Below, piece by piece: positions 6,036 through 15,749 of a DNA stretch of 27,105 nt. A program made the translations under genes and the position numbers. Position 1 is the stretch's first letter. The number at the start of each line of letters is the position of its first letter. The stretch lies in the NCBI GenBank assembly GCA_023137195.1, contig JAGLPV010000028.1:1-27105 (forward strand), in the 5' to 3' direction. The stretch comes from Candidatus Aenigmatarchaeota archaeon. GTDB taxonomy: Archaea; EX4484-52. The notes under the pieces were generated by a model. The model saw nothing but the letters and a program-made list of their open reading frames with translations, did no database searches and was not told the origin of the DNA.

Positions 6036-6557
6036 ATGATTGAAGTAAATTCTCCCAGAAAAGGAGTGTCCACAACAGCACGAATTATATTGTTATTTTT
6101 CGAGGGATATGAATTGATTAAGCAAAAGGCAAGATACCTTCTTTTAAAACGCGTTTTCAAAAAATGCGGTCGGAATGTAATTATTAGGAAAAATGTGTGG
6201 TTTGTGTATCCAGAGTATATTGAGGTAGGAGACAATGTTTCTATTAATAATTCTTGTTTTTTTGAAGGGGGCAGTGGCATAAAAATAGGAAATTGTGTGC
6301 GTATGGCACATTGTGTTTCTATTATTTCAAGAAATCATTCATTTGCTAAAAGAGACATACCCATCGTAGAACAGGAATTTACTGGGGCTGTTGTTAGTAT
6401 AGGAGATGATGTTTGGTTAGGAGCAAAGGTCACCGTATTGCCAGGTGTGTCTATTGGAAAAGGGTCTGTTATAGGGGCTAATTCTGTTGTGACGCATGAT
6501 ATTCCACCATATTCTGTGGCTGTTGGTTCTCCGGCTAAAGTAATAAAAAAAAGATGA
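6036..6557 (+). CDS. Hexapeptide-repeat (LbH) sugar O-acyltransferase
   Basis: IGDDVWLGAKVTVLPGVSIGKGSVIGANSVVTHDIPPYSVAVGSPAKVIK. Confidence 0.92.
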   Translation: MIEVNSPRKGVSTTARIILLFFEGYELIKQKARYLLLKRVFKKCGRNVIIRKNVWFVYPEYIEVGDNVSINNSCFFEGGSGIKIGNCVRMAHCVSIISRNHSFAKRDIPIVEQEFTGAVVSIGDDVWLGAKVTVLPGVSIGKGSVIGANSVVTHDIPPYSVAVGSPAKVIKKR

Positions 6558-6560
6558 TTA

Positions 6561-8258
6561 CTATATTTCATCAGTTTCTTTGTTTATAGAATATAAGAAA
6601 TCTCCTGAATCGTAGATTTTATCGAGATAAGATATATTATTCATGCTATTTGTTATGTTTGTGTTTATAGGTTTTAGATGAAAATTAAATGAATAGAATA
6701 CTTTTTCGGTCATGTCTTTTGTGATTAGCATATATTCGGCACCCCTGTCGTCTATTATCGACATAAATTTTGGGACATCATAATATAATTCCCTAACTAG
6801 GATTGCAAGGTTAGTGCCTTGGTATGAGCCAGATACTATTGTCATCGGTCTTCGATTATTATTTATTAGATAAGAAGATGATTTTAAGTCAGACCAGATT
6901 ATTGATTCATCTGGGGTTAGTTTCATAAGCGTGTCGTATGTGTTGATGTTTCGGTCATCGTATATTTGGTACATGTTTGTAGAGGAAGCGTACAAAGGGA
7001 TGAAGACAAGAGCACATACAATAATTGTTGTATAAAACAAGACAATATATTTTTTATTTTCTTTATAAAGTGTAGGAATAATAATACATAGTCCGAATGT
7101 AATTAGCCAGGGTAATCGGTCTAAAGAATTAGTGGCAGTTAAAAGAGGGAACAAAAGCATTAGCATTAGCATATAGCTATGGATTATATATGTTGTATTC
7201 GAAAGGATCATTTTGTGAGATTTAATTTTTTTGAATTGGTTATATAAGTAAATTAAATAGACAATCATTGAATAAAACAAGAAGCTCATTAGAGAGAGCA
7301 AGTATGTTTTGGATTGCACAAAAGTAAGACTCATTGTACTGCTTATGTCTTGCGATAATAATTTATGAGAGAGGTAATAGGTTAAAAAATGTTTTATTGA
7401 TCCTATTATGTCTGCAAATATTTCAAAACGGTATTTGATTAGGGCAAAGGGTCCGATGCCCAAAACGATTAAGATAATTAATCCTGCTAATAGGATAAAA
7501 CCCAGGAAGATTATATTTTTGGAGCGCAATTGCTTTTTTATTGAATGTTCAATTTCTATGTTCTTATTTATGTGAGAAAAAAGAGCGTATAAAATCAGAA
7601 TGCATATTGTTGAAAATAAGTATGTGCTTAGAATGTATGAAGCTGTGTTGTAGATATGCATGACGAGAATATAGAATAAAATGCCGACAAAAAACCACAT
7701 TAATGACCATGAGATTTTTTTTGATTTCATTAATTGATAAATAATATACATTGTGAACATTAAAGCAAAAAATATAAATCCAGAAGCAGTAGGTAATAAA
7801 AATAGCATTATTGGATTTAATAAGAATAGTATGATGATTGTCATCAATAATGGATAATCCTGTTTTTTATCTTTTATAATTACATACAAAAATAAAAGTC
7901 CTATTGTATTTATGAGTGCCAGAAAAGGATATTTTAATAAGAATAAAGGTGTTACATTCATAAAAAATGCCAATACAACAAATAAGTATTCTAATGCAGG
8001 TTTGGAGCGGGCATAATTATTTACATGTCCTTCCAGTGAATAAAAAGTAGTATCTGCTATTGTTCCAAAATCTATTTGTGATATAAAAGAATTTTGTTGC
8101 AGCTGTTCGGATACATACAGATTTTTAAAAGACCACACTCCGGCATGATATTGATTTCCTAGTAAGTTAAATAAATTTAGTGCCAAGACTAGATAGGTTA
8201 GAATAAGAATTATAGATATAGTTTTTTTATTCAGTATATTCTTAGGTTTTATCATCAT
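6561..8258 (-). CDS. Polytopic membrane protein with C-terminal soluble domain (possible GT-C/Wzy-like)
   Basis: More than 10 hydrophobic segments, an N-terminal external loop and a C-terminal TPDESIIWSD...YMLITK...LDKIYDSG domain; last gene of the glycosyltransferase operon. Confidence 0.65.
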   Translation of the reverse strand: MMIKPKNILNKKTISIILILTYLVLALNLFNLLGNQYHAGVWSFKNLYVSEQLQQNSFISQIDFGTIADTTFYSLEGHVNNYARSKPALEYLFVVLAFFMNVTPLFLLKYPFLALINTIGLLFLYVIIKDKKQDYPLLMTIIILFLLNPIMLFLLPTASGFIFFALMFTMYIIYQLMKSKKISWSLMWFFVGILFYILVMHIYNTASYILSTYLFSTICILILYALFSHINKNIEIEHSIKKQLRSKNIIFLGFILLAGLIILIVLGIGPFALIKYRFEIFADIIGSIKHFLTYYLSHKLLSQDISSTMSLTFVQSKTYLLSLMSFLFYSMIVYLIYLYNQFKKIKSHKMILSNTTYIIHSYMLMLMLLFPLLTATNSLDRLPWLITFGLCIIIPTLYKENKKYIVLFYTTIIVCALVFIPLYASSTNMYQIYDDRNINTYDTLMKLTPDESIIWSDLKSSSYLINNNRRPMTIVSGSYQGTNLAILVRELYYDVPKFMSIIDDRGAEYMLITKDMTEKVFYSFNFHLKPINTNITNSMNNISYLDKIYDSGDFLYSINKETDEI

Positions 8259-8264
8259 ATTAAA

Positions 8265-9518
8265 TCACATTAATTTCTCGTATGTTTTTATTATTTGGTC
8301 AATAATCGGTTTTGAGTTACATTGTTTTCTGGTTTTTTCTGTATTTTTGGTTATTTTCTCTCTTAATTTGTTATTATTTATTAATTCTAATATGCTGTCT
8401 GCAAGTTTTTTAATATCTCCCACATCAACTAATAGTCCTGTATCTCTGTGTTTTACAATCTCGGGAATTCCGCCACTGTTGTATGCAATCATTGGTTTTT
8501 TGAAATATGCCGCTTCTATTGCTACGCGAGGGAATGGTTCGGGATATGTGGAGGGACAGGAAACAATATCACAGTTTATATATTCGTTCTGTACTTTATT
8601 GATTGGTATTTTGCCTACAAATTCAACAAATTTGATTTTGTTTTTTTTGACAAATTCTTTTAATTTTTTTTCAAGAGGACCGCCACCAACAATTCTTAAT
8701 TTTATGTTTTGGTTATTTTTATAAACTATTGAGCAGGCAGATATTAAATCAAAAATACCTTTTTCAATGCTTAAACGTCCGATATATAATATCCCCGTTT
8801 TATTATTCTTTTTTTTATTACTTGGTTTTATCGTTTTTATATTTGGTAAAATATTAGGTATTGCTTCTATATTTTTGGAGTCAAATTTGTTTTTTAATAA
8901 GAGGGATTTTACAAATTTACTGACTGTAAATATATGCGTTGCTTTTCTTAATTTTTTTTGTCGATATATTGTGTTTATATATGCAATGATGGACCAGAGA
9001 AAATATAATCCATTTTTGCTTCCATACAAGAGTTCGGCATGTTTTGTATGGCACAAAACACAATATGGGGAAAATTTGCAGTCTGCTTTTTCATTGTATA
9101 ATTTAATACAGGATCTCATTGGACAGATGGGCCAATAATCCCTTATGTGGGCTATTGAAGGAATTCCTGCTTTTTTTGCGGCAAGGATAGTTCCTATTGC
9201 AACATCCCGTCCACTTGCGTGAAATAAATCGAAATTTTCTTTTTTGTTGAGAGATAATATTTGTTTTTTGATAAAATACGTTGTTAATGGCAGGCACATT
9301 AATCCTTCTTTTATTGTAAAAAAATCTAAACTGGTGATGGTTCGATGGACAGTTACTTGATTTATTTTTTCCACGATTTTTTTGTTATTCAAACATCTTG
9401 TCAATACATGAACGTTTATCTTCCTTTTTGCTAATTCTTCAGCCATTATTTTAGTGCTTACTTCTGCGCCACCTTTGATTGTTGGAGGATAATTTTCTAT
9501 AAGTATAAGTATTTTCAT
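8265..9518 (-). CDS. Glycosyltransferase family 4 (GT-B)
   Basis: YPPTIKGGAE; YIGRLSIEKG; PSTYPEPFPRVAIEA; GGIPEIV. Confidence 0.93.
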   Translation of the reverse strand: MKILILIENYPPTIKGGAEVSTKIMAEELAKRKINVHVLTRCLNNKKIVEKINQVTVHRTITSLDFFTIKEGLMCLPLTTYFIKKQILSLNKKENFDLFHASGRDVAIGTILAAKKAGIPSIAHIRDYWPICPMRSCIKLYNEKADCKFSPYCVLCHTKHAELLYGSKNGLYFLWSIIAYINTIYRQKKLRKATHIFTVSKFVKSLLLKNKFDSKNIEAIPNILPNIKTIKPSNKKKNNKTGILYIGRLSIEKGIFDLISACSIVYKNNQNIKLRIVGGGPLEKKLKEFVKKNKIKFVEFVGKIPINKVQNEYINCDIVSCPSTYPEPFPRVAIEAAYFKKPMIAYNSGGIPEIVKHRDTGLLVDVGDIKKLADSILELINNNKLREKITKNTEKTRKQCNSKPIIDQIIKTYEKLM

Positions 9519-10666
9519 TGAACTACCCCCTTAAACAGTTTTTCTGTTTTATCTATGACCTTTTTCCAGTCGTATTTTTTGGATTCTTTGAGTCCGTTTT
9601 TGCTTAATTTTTTCCAGAGTTCTTTATTATTCAATAATTTTTTTATGGCGTTTGCTAAGAGTAAAGGATTTTTTGGTTCAATTAAAAGACCAGTTTTATT
9701 ATTTTTTATTACATAAGGAATACCGCCGATTTTTGTTCCGATTACAGGGCCCCCACATGCCATTGCTTCTAGTAATACCATGCCGAATCCTTCCTGTTCT
9801 GTGGTTGTTGGCAATACAAGAATATCTGCACTTTGATAATATTTAGGCAATGTTTCATCTTTTACAAAACCTGCGAATATTGTGTTTTTGATATTTTGTT
9901 TTTCGCATAGTTTTTTGTATTCTTTTGCATCTCCTTTTCCTACAAGGATAAGATGCGTATTTTTATTTGTTTTATTGACTTTTTTTATGGCGTTTATCAA
10001 TACATCAACCCCCTTGTGTTTATGGAATGTTCCCATGTGTCCCACAAAGAGGATAGTTTTTGAGTTTTTTTTTAGGTTGTATTTTTCTAAAATGTATTTG
10101 CTTTTTTTTGGCTTAAATTTAGTTAGGTCAATTCCCGGGGGAATCCATGAGAGTTTGTTTTTGTGTTTTTTTAAGAATCTTGATTTGTTAAAGCAGAATG
10201 GTGATGGCGTGATAATTTTTGTGCTGTGTTTTAGAGTTAGGGAATTAAAAGTAGGGTTGTACAGATTGCAAAGAAAATTTACAATCTTGTTTGGGTGTAC
10301 ATTGTCATTGTGGTAAGTTAAAATGAAAGGTACTTTTTGTCTTTTGGTGGCATAACATGCCATATCTGCATAATAAGGGACCGGGGTGTTGGCATTTACC
10401 AAGTCGAATTTTTCTTCTTTGAGAAGTTTTGAAATTGTGAAGTACAGGTTTAGTTTTATTGGTGTGTTGGAGAGTATAAAATCTGGTTTTTGGCGGATTA
10501 TTTTTATTCCGTCGATTGTTTCTGTTTTATTCTTTCCTTCTTTTGTTGAGCATAAGACCGTTATTTTATGTCCTTTTTTGATTAGACCTTTTGATAAATT
10601 GTATGCGTAGTTTTCTGCCCCGGCAATATTGGGGAAAAAATAAGGGCAGATCATTAGTATTTTCAT
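9515..10666 (-). CDS. Glycosyltransferase family 4 (GT-B)
   Basis: PYFFPNIAGAE; HKGVDVLI; EGFGMVLLEAMACG; GGIPYVI. Confidence 0.94.
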   Translation of the reverse strand: MKILMICPYFFPNIAGAENYAYNLSKGLIKKGHKITVLCSTKEGKNKTETIDGIKIIRQKPDFILSNTPIKLNLYFTISKLLKEEKFDLVNANTPVPYYADMACYATKRQKVPFILTYHNDNVHPNKIVNFLCNLYNPTFNSLTLKHSTKIITPSPFCFNKSRFLKKHKNKLSWIPPGIDLTKFKPKKSKYILEKYNLKKNSKTILFVGHMGTFHKHKGVDVLINAIKKVNKTNKNTHLILVGKGDAKEYKKLCEKQNIKNTIFAGFVKDETLPKYYQSADILVLPTTTEQEGFGMVLLEAMACGGPVIGTKIGGIPYVIKNNKTGLLIEPKNPLLLANAIKKLLNNKELWKKLSKNGLKESKKYDWKKVIDKTEKLFKGVVQ

Positions 10667-13600
10667 TATTTCACCTCTAATGTTCCGATGATATCTGGCT
10701 CATCTAAACTTACTTTTGGCTTTTCAATATTTGTTTTCGGGATTATTTCAAATATATAATCATCTGATTTTATTACTGTGATATTTCCTATAATCTGACT
10801 ATTCTTTCCATTAACCAAATAAAGTCTTTCTCCTGTTTTTTTGTCATACAAACCTATTTTTATTTTATAATTGCCTTCTTTAACAGTTGGAACATTAATA
10901 TTATATTCTTCTTTTATTATTTCTCCTATATTCCATTGAGAGGTAGGATAAACCACATACTCAGGTTCATGGTCCTGTTGAAATGTCACTTTATTCTTTT
11001 CATCAAGGAAATGGACAAAGACAGTGTAATTGATATTTATTTTATCGATAGATTTCCAAAAACCTGTTATTTTAAATGAATCTCCTGTTTTTAATTCTTT
11101 TTTATCTAAATTGTGTCCTAAAAATATGATTTTGTCATCGTAAATATCCAATGCTTTGTTTGATATATTTGACTCTTGAATGATAATGTTCAAAAGTGTT
11201 TTATTGATTTTTTGAGTTTCTCCGATTACTGGAATTCTGCCTTTTTCAGGAATATAAAAGCCAATATTTAATGAATATTCTCCAATGGCATCATTTGATA
11301 TAACTGTTTGTGTTTCTTTGAATATCTGTCCTTCCTTCCATTGGCTTGTTGGGATAGAGGGCATATGGTCATTTTGAAAACCACTTTTTCCACTATCATT
11401 CCTGAAATGAACAAAAATCATGTAGTTTTGATCTGTTTTGTTTAAGCAGGTCCAGTAATAATTGATTTTGAATTTTTCTTTCTGTTCTATTTTTGTTTTG
11501 TTTAAGTCATATCCCAAAAATTCAAATGTGTTGTTGTAATTTATATTTTGCGGATTTTGAATTTTTGGTGTTTGGTTCAAGAGTTCATAATTTTGATCTA
11601 TCCTCGGCAGTCGTCCTTTTTCATTATATAAACCAACTTTAATGAAATATTCATCTGGTTTTATCTCATCCCAAATGCGAACATCGTACGTTTCTTTTAT
11701 TATCTCCCCTGGTTTCCATTTAGATGTATCATAAAAATCATAAAATGGCATATGATCATAGCCAAAAACAATATCTCTTGATTCATTCAAAAAATGAACA
11801 AAAACTTTATAGCTCTCATTTACTGATTTTAAAGATTTCCAATAATAAGTGATTCTGAACAGATTTCTATTATCTCCAGGAGTATATATTTCAAATATTG
11901 ATTTGTTATTCATCTTACGATTCAAATCATAACCTAAAAATTCTATCTGGTTGTTGAAGTTTATTTTTTTTGGATATTGAATAGAAATATTTTTTGTTTT
12001 AGAAATGAAACTCCATCTAAAATTAAATTTTTTTATTGCATCAACATCATTTGTTAATATAATCATATCTTTGGTATAATAATACTTCTTCATATGGTAC
12101 ATGGCAGTACTATTATCCACAGGTTTAATCTTTTTAATGTCATTATATTTGTCGGCTTTCATTAAAATAAAAACACTTTTATTGGAGTTAAGAGCATTGA
12201 TTATTTCTTTTTTATTGGTCGTATATTTCTTTTCCCCGTTTAATGAATCTAAATAATAATAATCCCATGCAGAAATATCTGTCTTTTTAAAATATGAAAT
12301 TATTTCATAATCATTATGATTTGTTGATTTTAAATCATTAACAAATTGGTGTATAGGAATAATATGCGTATGATATGTTGTAGATACAGCAATATGAGAA
12401 GAAATCAATATAAGATAAGTTATTATCAATAAAGGTATAAAACGCATTATTGTTTTATTTGCCGTGTATTTTATTACTAAATTAATTACGAAAAAGAGCA
12501 GTACTGTGAGAATAACTGCTTTAGATAAATATGTTTGGTTTAATAGGTAATCATTAATAAATTTTATAGATAACTCGATCTTAGGATAGTGGGGATCAAA
12601 TTGAAATTTAGATATTATCGTCACAAATAGAGCAGTAATGGGTAAAAACATAAGAGTTTGAATAAGAATATTTTTAGTTTTATGAATAAAGTCATAAGAC
12701 AATTTAGCAATTAGAATACATAGTGCTGGATATAAAGGGATGATATAATTTGTGGTTTGTCCTTTAGCGTATGTAAAAATTGTAAATACGACAAAAATCC
12801 AACTTAAAAGAAATAAATATTCTTGTCTTTTCTTATTTTTAAATATATTTACTAGTCCATAGATTATTGCAAATAGTGCAAATAGTGCCCATGGATAAAA
12901 ACCCGCATTAATAATATGCAAATAGTATGTTTGTGAATAATGTCCGAAATATTCCTGTGTTGCCCTTATTATAACGTCCTTATTCATTGCATACAAATAT
13001 TTATCTTTATACAACAAATATTGTGATAAAAACCATGGTACTGAAAATAATAACACCAACGGAGAGGATAGCAAAAAATGTTTGTTTTTTAATATTTTTA
13101 AATTTTTTGTTAAAATCAGATATAATATAATTATGAATATTGGTAATGCCCCAGCAACACTTTTTGTTAATATCCCCAAACCAATAGATATGGCGGATAA
13201 ATAGTAATATTTGGGAGATTCTTTTGCCTTAATAAACGAGAATAATGATAAAGTAATTAGAAACACCAATAAACCATCTGTTTCTCCTGTTCTTGCACAG
13301 TGTTCAAATAAGTATTGCGTACATGTCATAAGCATTAAAGAAGCTAAAAAGCCAACATATTTGTTAAATAACTTTCTGCCTAAAAAATAGACCAATACTA
13401 TGGTCAATAGTGCCGCAAATGCAGAGCAAAATCGTGCATTGAATTCATTTATTCCAAAAAATTTGAATATTGTGCCAGTTAGCCAGAGTTCTAATGGTGG
13501 CTTATCTAAGAAAATTTCTCCTTTCCAATATGTATTGAACCAATCTCCTGTTTTTAGAAATTCTTTTGAAACTTGAGCATGAATTGATTCATCGCCCAAT

Positions 13601-14730
13601 AAGCTACTTGTCCCTAAATTATGGAACAAAATAAAAGATGAAAGAACTACTAAAACAAAAACATGAAAATAACTGCTTTTGGCAATAGCAATACTTTTTT
13701 CCTTTAAACTTTTCTTTTTGAATTCCTCGATTCCATGCTTAATAGAGAAAATTTTGATTAAGAAAAATATTTTAAAATCATAATAAAAATTTCTTAGTTT
13801 CTCTTTTACTGTTTCTTTTCTTTTTCCTGACTCTTTTTTCGTAGATTTTTCAAACCAGTGTGTCTTTTTACAAAACGAATTTTTTAATACAACAACATAT
13901 TTCTTGACTTTTTCTGTAATTGCCTCTTTTTCGGAAAAGTGTCCAGACTGCTCTTTTTTGTCTCTCTTTAAACTGTTTTTAAATTTCTCAAAAAAACATT
14001 TGATTCTATCTTTCATGTCTTTTTTCTTTTTTTTGAATTTAGGATAATTCAATCTGGTCTTAATCAATCCAACAAACATCATTGGTGCTTCTTTGAGCGA
14101 AAAAGAAGAATTATCCTGATGCACCCACTTTATTGGGATTTCTTTTATTTCAAACCCATGTCTCTTTATCCTCCACAACAATTCAACATCAAATTCAAAT
14201 CCATTTGTTTTTAATTCAGGCAAAACATCATCAATAGCTTTCTTGCTAAATACTTTTGCGCCGCATTGAGTATCTTTCAAATCAAGCCAGAACATAAATC
14301 TTACAAGATAATTAAATACAATGCTGCCAATATTCCGAAACGCATCTGGTTTTTCTCCAACTATAGCACCTTTAATTCTCCTTGAAGCAATGGTACAGTC
14401 CGTACAACTGTTTATTATTTTTTCAAATTCTATTGGACCGATAGAATCATCAGCATCAGTAAAACCGATTTTATCTCCTTTGGCAAGACCAAAACCTTTT
14501 TTTATTGCCCCTCCTTTTCCTAGTTTTTGAGCAGAATAATAGCATTTGATTTGCTTGTATTTTTTGGATAGTTTTTCTACTATTTTTTTTGTCTTGTCAT
14601 GTCCTTCGACAACAACAACCATTTCGAAATTATATTTTTTGCTTTTGAAATAAGAAGCGTATTTTTCTAATACTGGTTTAATTCTTTTTTCTTCGTTGTA
14701 GGCAGGTACAATAATAGATACTTTCTTCAT
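10666..14730 (-). CDS. Fusion protein: GT2 (dolichyl-phosphate glycosyltransferase-like) + ArnT/PMT-like GT-C transferase + three repeated extracellular beta domains
   Basis: VSIIVPAYNEE, GKGGA, FTDAD, DTQCGAK, FEFDVELL; then DESIHAQVSKE, DKPPL..W, EFNARF.SA, GLGILTK; then three FLG(Y/H)xL...W...Y.VFVHF...DH.P...SxW..G repeats. Confidence 0.9.
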   Translation of the reverse strand: MKKVSIIVPAYNEEKRIKPVLEKYASYFKSKKYNFEMVVVVEGHDKTKKIVEKLSKKYKQIKCYYSAQKLGKGGAIKKGFGLAKGDKIGFTDADDSIGPIEFEKIINSCTDCTIASRRIKGAIVGEKPDAFRNIGSIVFNYLVRFMFWLDLKDTQCGAKVFSKKAIDDVLPELKTNGFEFDVELLWRIKRHGFEIKEIPIKWVHQDNSSFSLKEAPMMFVGLIKTRLNYPKFKKKKKDMKDRIKCFFEKFKNSLKRDKKEQSGHFSEKEAITEKVKKYVVVLKNSFCKKTHWFEKSTKKESGKRKETVKEKLRNFYYDFKIFFLIKIFSIKHGIEEFKKKSLKEKSIAIAKSSYFHVFVLVVLSSFILFHNLGTSSLLGDESIHAQVSKEFLKTGDWFNTYWKGEIFLDKPPLELWLTGTIFKFFGINEFNARFCSAFAALLTIVLVYFLGRKLFNKYVGFLASLMLMTCTQYLFEHCARTGETDGLLVFLITLSLFSFIKAKESPKYYYLSAISIGLGILTKSVAGALPIFIIILYLILTKNLKILKNKHFLLSSPLVLLFSVPWFLSQYLLYKDKYLYAMNKDVIIRATQEYFGHYSQTYYLHIINAGFYPWALFALFAIIYGLVNIFKNKKRQEYLFLLSWIFVVFTIFTYAKGQTTNYIIPLYPALCILIAKLSYDFIHKTKNILIQTLMFLPITALFVTIISKFQFDPHYPKIELSIKFINDYLLNQTYLSKAVILTVLLFFVINLVIKYTANKTIMRFIPLLIITYLILISSHIAVSTTYHTHIIPIHQFVNDLKSTNHNDYEIISYFKKTDISAWDYYYLDSLNGEKKYTTNKKEIINALNSNKSVFILMKADKYNDIKKIKPVDNSTAMYHMKKYYYTKDMIILTNDVDAIKKFNFRWSFISKTKNISIQYPKKINFNNQIEFLGYDLNRKMNNKSIFEIYTPGDNRNLFRITYYWKSLKSVNESYKVFVHFLNESRDIVFGYDHMPFYDFYDTSKWKPGEIIKETYDVRIWDEIKPDEYFIKVGLYNEKGRLPRIDQNYELLNQTPKIQNPQNINYNNTFEFLGYDLNKTKIEQKEKFKINYYWTCLNKTDQNYMIFVHFRNDSGKSGFQNDHMPSIPTSQWKEGQIFKETQTVISNDAIGEYSLNIGFYIPEKGRIPVIGETQKINKTLLNIIIQESNISNKALDIYDDKIIFLGHNLDKKELKTGDSFKITGFWKSIDKININYTVFVHFLDEKNKVTFQQDHEPEYVVYPTSQWNIGEIIKEEYNINVPTVKEGNYKIKIGLYDKKTGERLYLVNGKNSQIIGNITVIKSDDYIFEIIPKTNIEKPKVSLDEPDIIGTLEVK

Positions 14731-15713
14731 TTCAACCCACTCCTCCAGTAAACAACCGAACCGATAATTAGAAAGCTGACATAGCTTATGAGCCTGTCTA
14801 AAATAGCAACAGATGCCGAAACATTAACTCCATAACCCATGAACACCAGAACTCCTGCAACTGCAAACTCAACTGCTCCAAGTCCCGAAGGTGTCAGAGG
14901 AATAGAACTCAACAGCGAAGCCAAAAGCCCGATAAATATTATCAAATGCAGTGGAACAGTTAAACCCAATGCAAGTGTTACAAAGTACAATCTTAATATA
15001 TCACTTATCCATCCGATAAGCGTCAAACTCCCGAGTGCTGGCAGTTCCTTAAATCCAATGGATTTGGAAAGCCCATGCTCAAACTCTCGGATTGCTGTCT
15101 CAAATTTTGCAGGCAGAAAAGAAATTATCCTCTCTCTTTGCCTGTTCAAAAACACCAAAGACAAAAGTGCAATCAAAAGAATCGCATATCCATATTCAAT
15201 GCTGACTAAAATATTCTGCGGTATCATGCTTCCAAAAACCATAATTCCGCTGATGCTCAGCATCACAATCAAAAATATTATGTCTGCCAATCTCTCGACA
15301 ACAACAGTGCCGAGCACTCTTGAAATAGTGATTTTATAATTCTTCCTGACTAAATATCCTCTGTAAACATCCCCGAGCTTTGCAGGGACAAGACAATTAA
15401 CAAAGTAAGCTAAAAACCATATCTCTGTAATGTCCTTTAATTTTCCCTTGAAATTCACATTTTCCAGCAGGAGTTTCCACCTGTAGCCACGGATTGGGAC
15501 AGAGGCATAATAGACAATAAAGGCAAGGATTAAGTAAAAGATATTTGCGCTTTTGATGATTGAAATGGTTTTTCCAACATCAATTATTGTTGCAAGGATA
15601 TAGAGAACTATGATTGAGACTAGAAAAGACAGAATTGTCTTTTTGCTTTTCAGTCTCTTTAATAAGTCTATTTTTCCATCCATACTACTAACCAATCTCC
15701 TCTTTTCTATCAT
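14727..15713 (-). CDS. Lysylphosphatidylglycerol synthase TM-region (UPF0104, flippase-like) protein
   Basis: RGYRWKLLL, N.LVPAKLGDVYR, VVERLAD, PLTPSGLGAVE, DRLISY. Confidence 0.9.
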   Translation of the reverse strand: MIEKRRLVSSMDGKIDLLKRLKSKKTILSFLVSIIVLYILATIIDVGKTISIIKSANIFYLILAFIVYYASVPIRGYRWKLLLENVNFKGKLKDITEIWFLAYFVNCLVPAKLGDVYRGYLVRKNYKITISRVLGTVVVERLADIIFLIVMLSISGIMVFGSMIPQNILVSIEYGYAILLIALLSLVFLNRQRERIISFLPAKFETAIREFEHGLSKSIGFKELPALGSLTLIGWISDILRLYFVTLALGLTVPLHLIIFIGLLASLLSSIPLTPSGLGAVEFAVAGVLVFMGYGVNVSASVAILDRLISYVSFLIIGSVVYWRSGLK

Positions 15714-15749
15714 TTAATACAGTTACAATAATTTTTATCCTTTTTCATA

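Noticed and set aside
8347-10610. Numerous antisense ORFs over glycosyltransferase genes (also over AlbA_2, gap and the surface genes)
   Set aside because: Shadow ORFs of well-supported genes on the opposite strand or in another frame
10820-11960. Diversity-generating retroelement template/variable repeats
   Set aside because: The repeats are old protein-domain duplications without an adenine-specific mismatch pattern that I can see, and there is no reverse transcriptase in the window
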